DNA of 64,000 bases from Azolla caroliniana. Lineage: Eukaryota > Plantae > Polypodiophyta. Of the stretch, positions 22,216 through 34,780 are shown one piece after another. Position numbers and translations under genes: made by a program. Numbering within the stretch: position 1 is the first letter of the stretch; every line of letters starts with the position of its first letter. The stretch lies in NCBI GenBank assembly GCA_043228905.1, contig JBHGNT010000004.1, positions 13,640,001 through 13,704,000 on the forward strand, given 5' to 3'. Under the pieces are notes generated by a model. The model had not been told where the DNA came from, ran no database searches, and was given only the letters and a program-made list of their open reading frames with translations.

Positions 22216-24126
22216 CACACACACGACAATAACTACATTATATGAATAAGTAAATAAAGAAATATTGAATACGAGAGTTATACATCATTAGATTATACTA
22301 AACAACATATCATCATGCAAATAACATAATCAAAATCACCATAATAGCTAGCTACAAAAATACAATGCTAAACATTATAAGTACCTATCCGGTGCTAAGC
22401 CCATTCCAAAGCCTACACAATGAAGCCAACCAAGTAGCTTGTTTGCACCCACTAACACTGAGGACCGCAACAAATATGTGTTGAAAACGATCCCCATGAT
22501 GACCTCCCTAGAGTCTATAATGCACCTTATCAAAACCACAATAACACCAACACTAATACCAATATCGATACTAGCAATAACACCACATACACTATCTCTA
22601 CCCCCTACCCCTGCCCCTAGTTCTATGAAATAGTGAAACACAAAATGCTTGGTTGATTCAATGCAATGTCCTATACATTGACTCTGTTAATCTTTTTAGC
22701 TCATAGAAAGTTTGTTTTCAATGTTGAAACTATACGTAAGTGACTTTCACATAAGGTCTCATGTGGTAGTAGAGTTCGGAGAAGGAATTGTACACAACTA
22801 ATTCTTTGAAGAGTTTGTAGTCTCACACTAAGCAGTCTTGGGAGGTGTACAATTTTATGTTTGTATGCATTTATCTATAATCCTTGACCACAAGCCCTTT
22901 TTAATCCTTATTTGTAAAGAAGGAATTGGAGGATGTTTATGTGCATTTACACAATATTGGAGCAAAAAAACTTTCAATCTATAAATAGTCCACATTATTG
23001 AAGGCTTGTAATCTAGTTTTGTTTACAATATTCGCATTATTCAAAGTGGACAGATTTTGACAATGTTATTAGTGAATGCAATATGTGTGGGTTTTGTCGT
23101 AAGTAAACAAAACGCCATAAGCTTTGAGGTCTTTAACCCATGACCTAATAGGAGAAGGTCTTTAACCCATGACCCAGTAGGTATTCATGTTATACATATA
23201 ATTTATTTTATTCATTACCTTTCGCAATGCTACAATATTCGAGGGGCACATGCTACTAGTATTTAAACATGACATGTTGTATTGGTAGAACCATTCCAAT
23301 TCAACGTCACTCTTCGGTGAATCTTATAGTTCTCACTCTTGTATATTTTCCTCTTATAATAAAATATAGGCCCCCCAAATATAGGAGTGGTTTTCATTTG
23401 GGTTTCCAAGTCTCAAGGATGGTCAATTTTTGGCAGAGTGATCTTTCATGCACCTATTCATGCGGCGTCAACTGCCTACAATAGTATGGCAAGTCTCTAA
23501 ACAACTAAGTTAGCATCAACTTGGTGAATATGGTTGGTTCACTGATTAAATTTGGATAATTCTCTCTCTAGATAGATAGACTTCAATTATCATCCAAGCG
23601 GTGTGTGGCATTTATATCGAATACAAATATTCTTTCATGAAGTGTCAATAAACTTTCAACGATGTTGACACTCTTACTGTGAAGGAAACTGAGAGAATCC
23701 AGAAAGTTTGAGCATATATAAATTGGCATGAGAATTGGGAAATGCATCCATGTAAAAATCTCACATGAATAGATAACTAATGAAGTCTCTTTTAAATAAA
23801 TCAATCCATGCAACTTCAGCAGAGTTCAGGAAAACTCCAAAGTTCAATTCCTATCAATTTGGAATATACACAGCTGATCAGTAAAAAATTGTTCTCCCAG
23901 ATGAAAGCCTAGACTCTGAATAATTTAGAGCAGGAATTTTATCTCTGCACAACAAGAAAATCGAACAGATTTTGATTCCTACTCTCAAAAGTTTATGTGT
24001 TGTTAAACTGCCGAAAAAAATGATGTATGTTGTTCTCTCATTGATCAGACAAAAGAGATAAAAAACATTTACCTAGAAACTCATCAGTAGCAAAAAAGCC
24101 AATCGCCAATATCATCTTACATCAAA

Positions 24127-27100
24127 TTAATCAGTATCTGGATCACCATCGACAATGTCAGGAATTGCATCAGAATCAGACTCCGATAAACTGTGAGAAG
24201 CAAAAGCAATATCATGTGCCAACGATGCATTTCCTACATTAATTGCACTCTGTGATGTCATTACGGTATCTTTTTCAATAGACATGGATGATGGATGAGT
24301 AGCAGTAATGGTAGTGATGGATTGAGGATCAATAACGTCACTTGATGGTCGGTATATTGAACCCGCAACTTGACTGCCCATTTCATTCATGGAAAATTTC
24401 CCATTTGTCATCATCATCATCATCATCTCACTTGGTAGATTTTCCCGTGATATTTCCAATGTTCTAGTTATCTCCCCAACCATGGGTCCTTGAGACTCTA
24501 TTGCCATGTTTCCAACCATAGTTCTCTGAATCTCTCCAACCATAGCTCTTTGAATCTCTATGGACTCATTAAGCATATCCCCAACTATCAACATTGCTCT
24601 CGGAATCTCAACTCTTGGATTATTATTGATCTCTCTTGGCTCTCCAAGTATATCTCCAACCATTGACAACATGACCCTATCCTCATCATCGGCTAGAGAT
24701 TGTCGTGCACTTACATTACCTAGCCCCCTTTGAATGTTGTTGATCACTTGAAACTCATCATCAAATCCTTCCACCATCATACTGTTACCATCATGAGAAC
24801 CCACTTGTTCGCCTCCATAATCAACAATCCAGCTCTCAATGTCTTCTTGAACAAAAGGATCCCCTTCAACTTCAATTTGCATCCCGGAAGTGTTCACTTT
24901 CAAAGGAGGCAAGTGAGAAGAGAAATTATGATTGTTTACATTGGGAGATGTTGAAGGTGCTAGTCCTTGCAAAGGTAAAATGGATCTTTGCATTGGTGGA
25001 CCTGAATTCTCGGTGATAGAAGACAGCACCTGACCAGAAGGGATGATGCTTGCAGTGGTTGGTGCAAATGGAAGACTCCGGGGATGAATTAGTGGCTCCA
25101 GAGCCAAAAGAGCATGGGCACAAAACTCAGCAACTTCAGTTCCAGCAGCTTCTTGACGACCTACAGCAAAAGCCATGTTTTCTTCAGCAACAATATTATA
25201 TATATAGATTTTTTTTATATTTATTTATTTATTACTTTATTTTATGTCCATTTTAAGTCATAATGTTTTGCAGTTTTGCATTTTTGAATAATATGTTGTG
25301 GGAAATTACTTAAAAAAAAGTCTCATGATGTTTTGGATACTTTTACCAGAAACGTGTGAAATTTACAGAGTGGTAGGTGTTCTAGCAATTTTTGTGAACA
25401 TAGAGACACTGTAATGATTTGTCCCAAACACTATAATACTGATCCGAAAGCTAAATGAGAATGAGATGCAAAACCCAGAAAATTACAAGAGGAAATGACT
25501 AGTAGGTCCTTATATCTGTCTTTCAGACTAAGCAAGTATATGCCCCTCCATATGCTCAGTCTCCAATATGCACATTGAAATCCATCTTACAACTTTCACT
25601 ATATGTTAGCTTCTATAGGAGAAAGACCACAAGAAAAACAATAAAGATAATAGAGTGAAAACCAAAGAGAACCAATATACATTGAAAGCCAAGATAAACT
25701 TCTGTAGCTTCAATATTAGAATAGACACAAAAAGGCAAAATAAGTTGCTTTATATAAATTTACAAATCACATTACACTCATGAGAAAGGTGACGGCAAGA
25801 AATACCAACAAAGATGCATGAAAAGGACCTCTCATAGAACCTTTCCAGAATGTCTGATATCGCATTAAAAAATGTCATGTTACAAATTGTAGAGAGAGCA
25901 TCTTATCTATAAATTAAAAGAAAATGTTTGCAGAAGGACTTATTTACACATTGCAAAAGAAAGAAAGAGAGCAATGCATGAAACCTTTCCGGAATACTGA
26001 TAAAGCTTGAGAAAGGAATGGTGGCCGGTGTGTGCATGGAGACAGTATCGAAGCCAAAAATGCTTGATATGCAGCCAATTGAAAAGCACCCGATGCAAAA
26101 GCAAGTGATTCCTCTTTGCAAGAAGTATCCTCGAATATGAGACTAGGTGACAAGCTCTCTTCTGATGCAATTAAGGCTACATTTGCAACCACGGAATCCA
26201 CCTCCATTCGCCATTGTTCTGAGCGCAATGACCCCCCCTGAAGAAGATTAAAAAACAAAACAAAATCAGAAAGATAAACGTGTTTTTGGCCCCATTGACA
26301 CTTGATGGAAGGGGGAAATGTTTTTTACATCTACAAACAGAATTTAATTTTAGGAGAAAACTGAATTTTACATCTACAAATTTACTTATTTGAAAACCAT
26401 CCGATATATTCTGAACTGAATTTAATTTTCGAAAGCACATCCCAGATTACTTCCATTTCATTGAGCATTTGGAAACCATAGTGCTATCCAACCAGCAGAT
26501 TTAGGGGTATTTTAGTGTTTTGACCTTCAATTTTTCATATTCAACATTAAATGCATAATACCATGGCTTCGGCCCGAATTCAGCTTTTATCTATGGAGAA
26601 TAGATTAATAGAATTGAAAAAGCCTCGTCAAATTCCTCAATTATGAAGACAAAAGAAAAAAAACTAACCTTCTTATGATAATGTGATTTCCTTTTAAAGC
26701 CTTAAAGTACACTGGTATAAGACTTATTATATATAATAAGAGAACTAACCACTGTCAACAAAGCTTTCATCGCTTCTAGAGCAGCGATTTGAAGAGCCAT
26801 ACCACAACTTGAATCAGTATTATCCAATACAGTTTCGATAATACAAAGGGGGGAGACCATATCCATGTGGATACTTCCATTAACGTTGCACTTTCTTGCA
26901 TGACCTGAATTAGATATTCCATGAGTGCAAGCATGTGCATGAGCACTGTTCATCGAGGATAGAGTAAGAACACTGGCAGTCCCTTTCAAGTCTGCTAATA
27001 AATTCTCGATCAGAGCTGGTGCTAGTTCAGATGCCATTCCTGTCCCCACAATATAGCAGTATCATCATGTGTGTCATGTAAAAATTAGTATTTGTCTCAA

Positions 27101-30100
27101 CTCAATACGAGGAATTTAACGTTACGAAAAACACTAATATATCCTTCCCAAGCCTTTATATAATACAAGTTCATTCCTAGCAACCAAGCTCATCACCAAC
27201 AGCTTAATAATCAACATAGAATTACTCACTTATTTAACAAATTGATTTGAATTGCCAATTAATCATTAAGTAAATATAAGTTTCCCATTAATCTTTTACC
27301 CTAGAAATCACCTAGTAACATACTACACTAGCAAAAATTATGCAGAATGCAAAACCAAAAGAAAGAATAGAAGATGTGGTTCACACACCTACACCCAATG
27401 TTATAAGCAAATGTTTGGAGATATTGTATAATTTAACTCTCAAACTGGGCAAGCCACAACGTCGGAAATATTCTGTTAGCAAGCGTACAATGTCGGCTCC
27501 ATGTGGCAGTAGCTGACTACAAAAAAGATATATATACATAATGCATTTATTTGAGAAAAATCAAAATGCAATGAAGTTTTCTTAAAAAGAAAAGAATATT
27601 TTGGTTTAACATAGAAAAGAGAGAACTATTACCTTCTAACTCCACAAAGCGTAGCATGCAAGAGATCTAAAGCACTCGAATGAAGAGCAGGCAATGCGCA
27701 ACAAAGCGACACTTGCTGGACAACTGATATTGGTGTGCCCAGACCAGATCCCGAATGATATGGAGATCCATCCACAGCTAGTATTCTTGTTATAGTTGCC
27801 AAAAGAGCAGTCAACGGAACTGGAACCTAGAAATTTTAACAATAGCCAGGAATAATATAAAAATAATGGCTTTTCATTTCAGCATTTCTAGTATTCTTTT
27901 ATCCTGGAACCCTAAACAATAGACATCAATGAACCAATAACTAAACACAAAACCATAAATCATGAGCAGAGAAATCCTAAACAATAAACATACTTAAAAA
28001 ACATATATACCTGCACTGGGAAACTATTACGTAGAAGATAATGACAGCATTGCAAAAGCACTGAGATTCTTGGAACCAATTGTTGCCAAAATGTTTTACC
28101 ACTTTCCGTTATTGAGTTTGCAGTACCACCTAAGAACCAGCTCTGTTCTTGACCCCTTGGCATCAGTGCATTCTGAACTTTCTTTGCCAGCGTACCTGTG
28201 AAAAGAATAGAAAATCAATTGACAGAGATTATAGGAACACTATATTCAGATTTGGCACTTCCATGAACTGACCATCCTCCATTCCCAAAAAAGCATCATC
28301 CAGATGAGAATTGATTGCATGTAATATTCTTCTGAATAATGAATTCCAAGAGGCTGCGTCACCATGGGCCTTTGGTAACAAAGCCAAACAACAGGCAAAT
28401 TTCTACATGCGAAACATTTTCAAAAGTTCACCTCCACAAGGCATAAAGATGAGCCACAGCACAGAAAAAATATATTCAAAACAATGTACCTTGGAGAGTG
28501 GTGCACTTATGTCTACTTCCATCAACTTTGAGGCAAGAAGTGTTTCGACCTACAAGAGAATTTCATTAATAACCAAAGCCTCTAAAGGTAAATATGCACA
28601 TTGTACTCTGCTGAAAAAACAAAACAGTTTCCGAATCATATTTAATGGTTAAGATTTATAATACTCATGTTCTCCAATTTTAGGTGAGCAGGGACTGAGA
28701 CTATGGCTAGCTGAATGAACCTTCACATTAGAGCAATGCAGGAGCAATGCTGTATCTGAGGCTGTTTTACAAAAGCTATGGAAGAAAGCTTCGGAATAGG
28801 GAAGTTTGAAGTACTTAAGAAGCAAAGAATTTGAATACACCCAAGATCAGAGAAAGCTCCCCAGAAGCTATTTATCAGATGCTCATCCTCCTAGATCATC
28901 ATTCATCATCAAACTCAACTCTCCCTGACTATTTGCAAGGTGATTTGTCAACACTCAACTCTATTTATTTATCATAACCAAAGTCACCCACATTCTTTCA
29001 GTCTCTTTCGTTCACCTTGGATACGAGCTTCACATTAATATACATGAAAATAAACCTATTTTTCTATTCTATGTATTGGAGAGAAGGTATTCCAATTCTT
29101 TTCACATGAAAAATGTGCCTTGAGAAAGCACCCTATCTACTAACAACAAAGAGATTCCAATCTGAATGTGGAATCCCCAAACTTTATACTAGATCAACAG
29201 AAAAGTAGATGTGATTCACCTCCCAATGACCATAGGTCTTTATATTAATAGATCAGTCCTACCCTGGCTAAGCTTAAGTTAATGGCTACAGTGTTCACAC
29301 CACAAAGGTCATCCATGAACCCTAGGCAGGTACACACATGCTAGTTCAATCATAGTGTGGTAAAATTTATCCACCTCTGAGAAGAGCTTCCATCCTTGAA
29401 AGCAATAGGTGGGAAATCCATAAAATTGCTCTACAATCCTCATCCTTTTCTAGGTCCTTGGCTAAAATTAAGCTAATGGCTACAGTTGTGTTCACACTAC
29501 AAAGGTCGTAGCACAACCATTCTATACACCTATGGTGAGTCCTGAAGTGGCGAAATCTATCTTCAAATGATAAGAGTTTTCATCCTTGAAACAAAATGCA
29601 GATAAGAAATCCATAAAATTTTAGCACTCTCCCATGTCCAATCCTCATCAAGCCTAGTTTGCCAAAGACTTGGTGTATAATAGAACAAGTTCTTGTGTCC
29701 TTACAACTCATGTCCAGAGTTTTCATTCACTCGTGAGACCACAAGAAGCTCAATCAGGTCTATCACCCCAACCTCTTACAGAGTCCGCTGACAGGGAATA
29801 TAAGATATAGCCGTGAATCATCTCATAGGTTTATCTCACATGCAGACTTAAGAATTCTACAAGTGATTGAAGGTAGTCCATACAATGGATTTTAGAGTCA
29901 CTTTCAAGGATTGCTTGCTTCAATTGCTAAGAAATGAACTCACCACTGTTATACTCTCTGGAAGCATCCATAAATTGACCATATAGCGAGAAATTTTACA
30001 ATGGATCAGTTATCATACCATCCATCACAAACAATGATAAATTCATGCACCTTCCACAACCGGCTGTGAATCCAGCATGCTTGTGTGAAAAAATGCCTTA

Positions 30101-32437
30101 TAGGAGCAGTAGAGTCAAAGTTACAAAAATCTTGGACAGAGCTGTATTGGAACCATGAATAAGTTCAAGAAGATGTGGTCTCAGCTGAGCACGGCAGTAT
30201 CAGATCATCACTTGTGGAAGGGGGAGAACATACATTGACAGCAACTGAGACCAGAGCACAACAATGAAGGTATAATCCTAACATCAAAAACGCCCTGAAT
30301 AACTATCAGTAGTGGTACATTGACGACATCACAATCACTCTATTTAGGATAAATCATCCTTTGGACAAGATCTAGGGTCAAACAATTCACAGACCTAGAA
30401 GGAATAAAAAAAATATAGGAACGAACCACTCACCTAACTTATATCCAGAGAAACTACAGGCAGAACATTTTCGCTTATGCTTGGCATTCGAAGCTTCAGA
30501 GCATGAACAAACTAGGCTGAAATTATTGTGGTTATGTGATGTTAATGATAGAGATAGAAAAAATATAGGAATGAACCACTCACCTAACTTATATCCAGAG
30601 AAACTACAGGCAGAACACTTTCACTTATGCTTGGTATTCCGAGCTTCAGAGCATGAACAAACTAGGTTGAAATTATTGTGGTTATGTGATGTTAATGATG
30701 GAGATGGCAATATTGGGTATTCTCATATTTAAGGTATTTTTCAGATAAGCCACTTGGAATCTCTTTGCAGTACTGTTGTACTCATTAGGAAGAATGTAAA
30801 TCTGATTTCAAATTAGCATTCTGTGTTTAACCATGAGTTACAAAGATAAGACATACGATAAATAGTAAAATACGCACCTGGGAAGACTGCTGCTTCACGG
30901 AGGCTGGGAAGCACTTGAGCATTGTTAAGAGTAAATCTATTCCATTATTCTGTATTATCTCAGAAAACAAAAATTGCACTTACTCACCTCATAATGACAA
31001 CTTCATCCAAGTAGATGTAGCAAAAAGAGGAAGCTACTGACCCAGATAGATCTTGAACTTTGTTCACTCAAAAGCTGTAAGACGGGCTGAACTAGCTTTA
31101 CACTGAGACTCGTGCCTTCACGCTTCACACCGATTGATGCCAATCTATAACAGAGCTTTAGTGTGAGAAACTAAAGTTGAAAAACCTCAATTAGTTATCA
31201 AAGAGAGCTGAAGCACATCATAAAGTGTGCACACTCGAGAGAAAATTCCCAGAAACTTCTCTTCCTACTATCAGAGTGCATATTTATTACCACTGAATCT
31301 CAACAAAGCAAATTATTTTTTAAAAATGTAGTTTAAAAGGCTATTTGCAAAGCCCAAAAAATTCAATTAGTTCTTTAACACTAATATTAATATGGGAAAA
31401 AGAAACAGCAAGCATATCGATCAACTTGTTGTGCTGAATATATCTCTAGACTACGAATTTTCAATTCCACTAGAAAAAAAAGCAGACACGTGACTGTTTA
31501 TGTATATTTTTGAAGTTTTGAATGTTGTGAAAACAAGATAATAGAAAATTACATTGAGCTTTGCAAATTATATGTTTTGCATGAACACGATACCATGCCT
31601 TGGTAGAAGTGTAAATGTTAATCTTGAAAGCAGTAACAAAGTAAAGAACTACAACGCCCGTGTATAGAAGCAATGATTTGAACTAATGTTGAACACTCTA
31701 AATATGTTACCTGCTTAGGAGATCTGTAAGTGACGCATAAGCTGCTCCTCTAACAAATAATGGATCTGTTGGCTGTGATAGCAGTTACAAAATACTATGA
31801 GCACTCAGAAAAATCTTCCATATGAACAAATAAAACCCTTTTTTATTAGTTCTTCTATAGCATAGGGCTTATTAGTAGGAATATCCAGCATTTTGTAAAG
31901 ATGACAACTTATATCATCTTCAAAGCGAGTTCTAGGTAGGAGGTAGACCTTCAAATGGACAACAAGCTTCTGAAACCACGAGACGTATGAATCCAAGAAT
32001 CTCTGCCGGGTGCATTCTTGGCAAGTCAAACCAAGAAGACCAACTCCAGCCCAGCATTTCTCCGTCTGATGAGAGTGCCAACATTCGGTCAGAAAATGAC
32101 TTTTGCAAAAAAACAAAAGATTAAAACACTGCCCAGTGCAGTGTTCGGGAAATTCCTTACTTTATCAACCAGCCAGATTTCTTTTTCATGCATGAATGGA
32201 TGGGAAATTATGAGAAGTAGCATATAAATCTATAGGAATTTAGCTAAAAACTAATTACACTCATCACCTCAGAGCTTACCCCTCTATACATATTAGTGAG
32301 ACTTTGTAGCAATTTAATAGAAGCTTTATACATTTCGACTGGATTATTTCTCTAGGTTAAAAAAAAAAGATGCATGAACCAACGGAATATATATATATAC
32401 ACATATAATAAATCAATAGAGAGTAAAATAGCCCATC

Positions 32438-32479
<42 letters not shown>

Positions 32480-32816
32480 AAACGGTAAAGAGCACAAAAT
32501 AACATAAAAAAAATCACGGATTAGAGAGTTGTGTATGTAGACATACCATGGTACTTTGAAGCATAGAGTTCAGGCGTTCAATCCAGGATTCAATGGCTAT
32601 TTTGTAAGCATCAGTAGATTTTGGAGAGGGGTTGGTAAGACGTGGTTCAGAGAGGAGATGATGCCTTCGGATCATGGATATGACAATTGAGAGCTCTGAT
32701 GGGGGCTTGGGAGGTTGCCGATCATCAGGCAAATGAGTCGATATTATCGAAGACAACAAAAGCGGCCTCAACCTAGCATCGTACATGCCATTCAAAGCCT
32801 CGTCAAAAGAAGCCAT
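24127..32816 (-). CDS. PELP1: PELP1/RIX1-like pre-60S ribosome biogenesis factor, 13 exons, 965 aa
   Basis: Exons 32816-32547, 32065-31949, 31772-31711, 31144-31042, 30949-30878, 28549-28490, 28402-28273, 28195-28011, 27826-27633, 27516-27389, 27039-26750, 26237-25985 and 25160-24127. All introns are GT-AG and the exons total 2898 nt in frame. Plant RIX1 motifs MYDARLRP, KCWAGV.LLGLTCQEC, FCAHALLALEPLIHPR and C-terminal DAIPDIVDGDPD. Confidence 0.88.
30407..30706 (+). repeat. 150-bp tandem duplication in PELP1 intron 5
   Basis: AAATATAGGAA.GAACCACTCACCTAAC... starts at 30411 and 30561; the units are highly similar. Confidence 0.9.
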
Positions 32817-33512
32817 GATTTCTTTCTTTCTTTCTTTCTTTCTTTCTTTTTCTCTTTCTTCTTCACTTTCTTTCCTCCTCCTCCTCCTCTTCTTCTTCTT
32901 CTTCTTCTCGTTTTCTTGATAGACTTGACTTGGTGCAGTTTCAAAGAAGCCGCCGAGCCGAGCCGAGCCTAGCCTAGCCTTCTTCTTTCTCCTTTCTTCT
33001 TCCTTGTTTTTTCAATCGAATTGATAACACCCTTGTTGGCAATAATATTAAGAAGGCTTACCCACAAAAACTCTGGGTTCTTAAGAGCCTCAGCATCAAT
33101 ATATCCTCAGGAAAGCCCATTCCAATCTTATCTGAATTTTGGTGGATTTTTGCCATTTTGTTAAAATAGGCGAAATTTTCAGTGCATTATTCTCTCCCTC
33201 GTCAAACACTGTGTTTCAAAACCCGAGAACCTCATCAAAATCCATACACTTTCGGTTTTGAGTTTGAATTCAGTCCTCTTCTCCTCCGTAAAAAAGAAGT
33301 GGAAGAAACCTTGTTACATCTCAGTAATTCTTTTCTGATTAATCCGGGAGCAGAATAAGCCTCAAACATGACTCGTCTTTTACTTCAATGAAAGAGAAGA
33401 AAACCTTGAATATATATATATATATATATTATTGGAAAATGGGATTTGCGCGGAGCTTCGGAAAGGGAGGCCGCGGTTCTGTGAAGGTAGATAGATTTCT
33501 CTGTTTTTGTTC

Positions 33513-33548
<36 letters not shown>

Positions 33549-33618
33549 CACTGCTTATCTGATAAAGAATTGCTTCTCAAAACAAACCGTTACATAAACC
33601 TTGAGAGAAACACAGGGA

Positions 33619-33667
<49 letters not shown>

Positions 33668-33758
33668 AAGGCACACACATAACATAAAACGTTATTATGA
33701 TTGTTGTTAAATATCATGGATTAATTGCCCTAAGAAGAAGAAGAATACAATACGGTAC

Positions 33759-33791
<33 letters not shown>

Positions 33792-33805
33792 TGTATGTAT
33801 GTATA
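32441..33805. repeat. Microsatellite cluster around the PELP1 5' end: (GA)n, (TTTC)/(CCT)/(CTT), (TA)n, (GT)n(GA)n, (ATGT)n
   Basis: Visible at ~32441-32476, 32820-32910, 33410-33430, 33515-33546, 33624-33668 and 33762-33805. Confidence 0.9.
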
Positions 33806-33875
33806 CATACAATAATATCATACCATACCATATAGCCTTGGGTGCGGTTGTGGGGTGTGTGTCTCTACTTCAAAT

Positions 33876-34137
33876 ATTCAAGGCATGAAGTTGCTTATGT
33901 TGAAAACATAAGAGGGGCAAGCGAGTGACGTGGCACGTGCTCATAGGCCTAGAGAGGGCTGATTGGCCCGCCGGGCCAGGTTACCCTAAACCCTAAACCA
34001 TGGGCCTGGCCTTCCTTGTGTGACAACCATGAAACCTGGCCCGAGGCCAGTTAGCCCTCGCTAGGCCTATGAGCATGCGCCACGTCACTCGCTTGCCCCT
34101 CTTATTTTTTCAACATAAACAACTTAATGCCTTGAAT
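33876..34137. mobile_element. Fold-back / MITE-like long inverted repeat
   Basis: Arms 33876-33982 and 34033-34137 are near-perfect reverse complements. The loop contains CCCTAAACCCTAAA. Confidence 0.75.
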
Positions 34138-34569
34138 GTTTCTTTATTTCAACATAAGCAACTGCAGAGGAGCGGCGCGCTAGTGCAGGGCGGAGGTATG
34201 CGGTGTGAGCTCCTCAACAGAAGAGCAGGAGCAGCAGAGTAGGAGGTGCGGAAACGGAGCTGGCGCAGGTTTGAACCGCGCCAACGCAGGGAGGTGATTT
34301 GCAGACGTGGGGCACATTAGCCTCTCTCTGCTCATTCCTGCAGACAATCCACATGCGGTGTCGTCACAGCCTCCCCGCCGTCGCTGCTTCACCATGATCA
34401 CTTAGGGTTTCCACGCCCCCCCTCCTCGTTCAAGAAGTGGGCCCCGTTTCGAGAAGTGCCCCCCTCCCCACCAGTTCAAGGAGTGGGTCACACACACACC
34501 CCTCCCAATTCGAGAAGTGGATCCCCCCCCCCCCCCAAAAAAAAGAGACGAAGTCCGACTCCGTCACTC

Positions 34570-34780
34570 ATGGCGCCTTCGAACATCGCCACTATCGAAC
34601 ACATAGCACAAACAGGCCCCTCGATCGATAACGGAAAAATACAAGATAAAACCATCTCCAATAGCAAGGGTCCTGTTGAGATTATTCTCAATAACGAAGA
34701 GATGCTTCTACTTGAGCAAGAGATAGAGCACCTTGAGCGAATAGCGGTCATATGCCACGTGATGGGATCACGACCAAATC
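34570..34780 (+). pseudogene. L1-type LINE ORF1 N-terminal fragment (DUF4283-like start)
   Basis: VEIILNNEEMLLLEQEIEHLERIAVICHVMGSRPN resembles the start of plant LINE ORF1. It is truncated at chromovirus D. Confidence 0.6.

Noticed and set aside
22260-23900. Short ORFs and an 18-bp direct repeat (23128/23157) downstream of PELP1
   Set aside because: No recognisable domain, termini or TSD.
33984-33997. Interstitial telomere
   Set aside because: Only two CCCTAAA units; better read as a telo-box.
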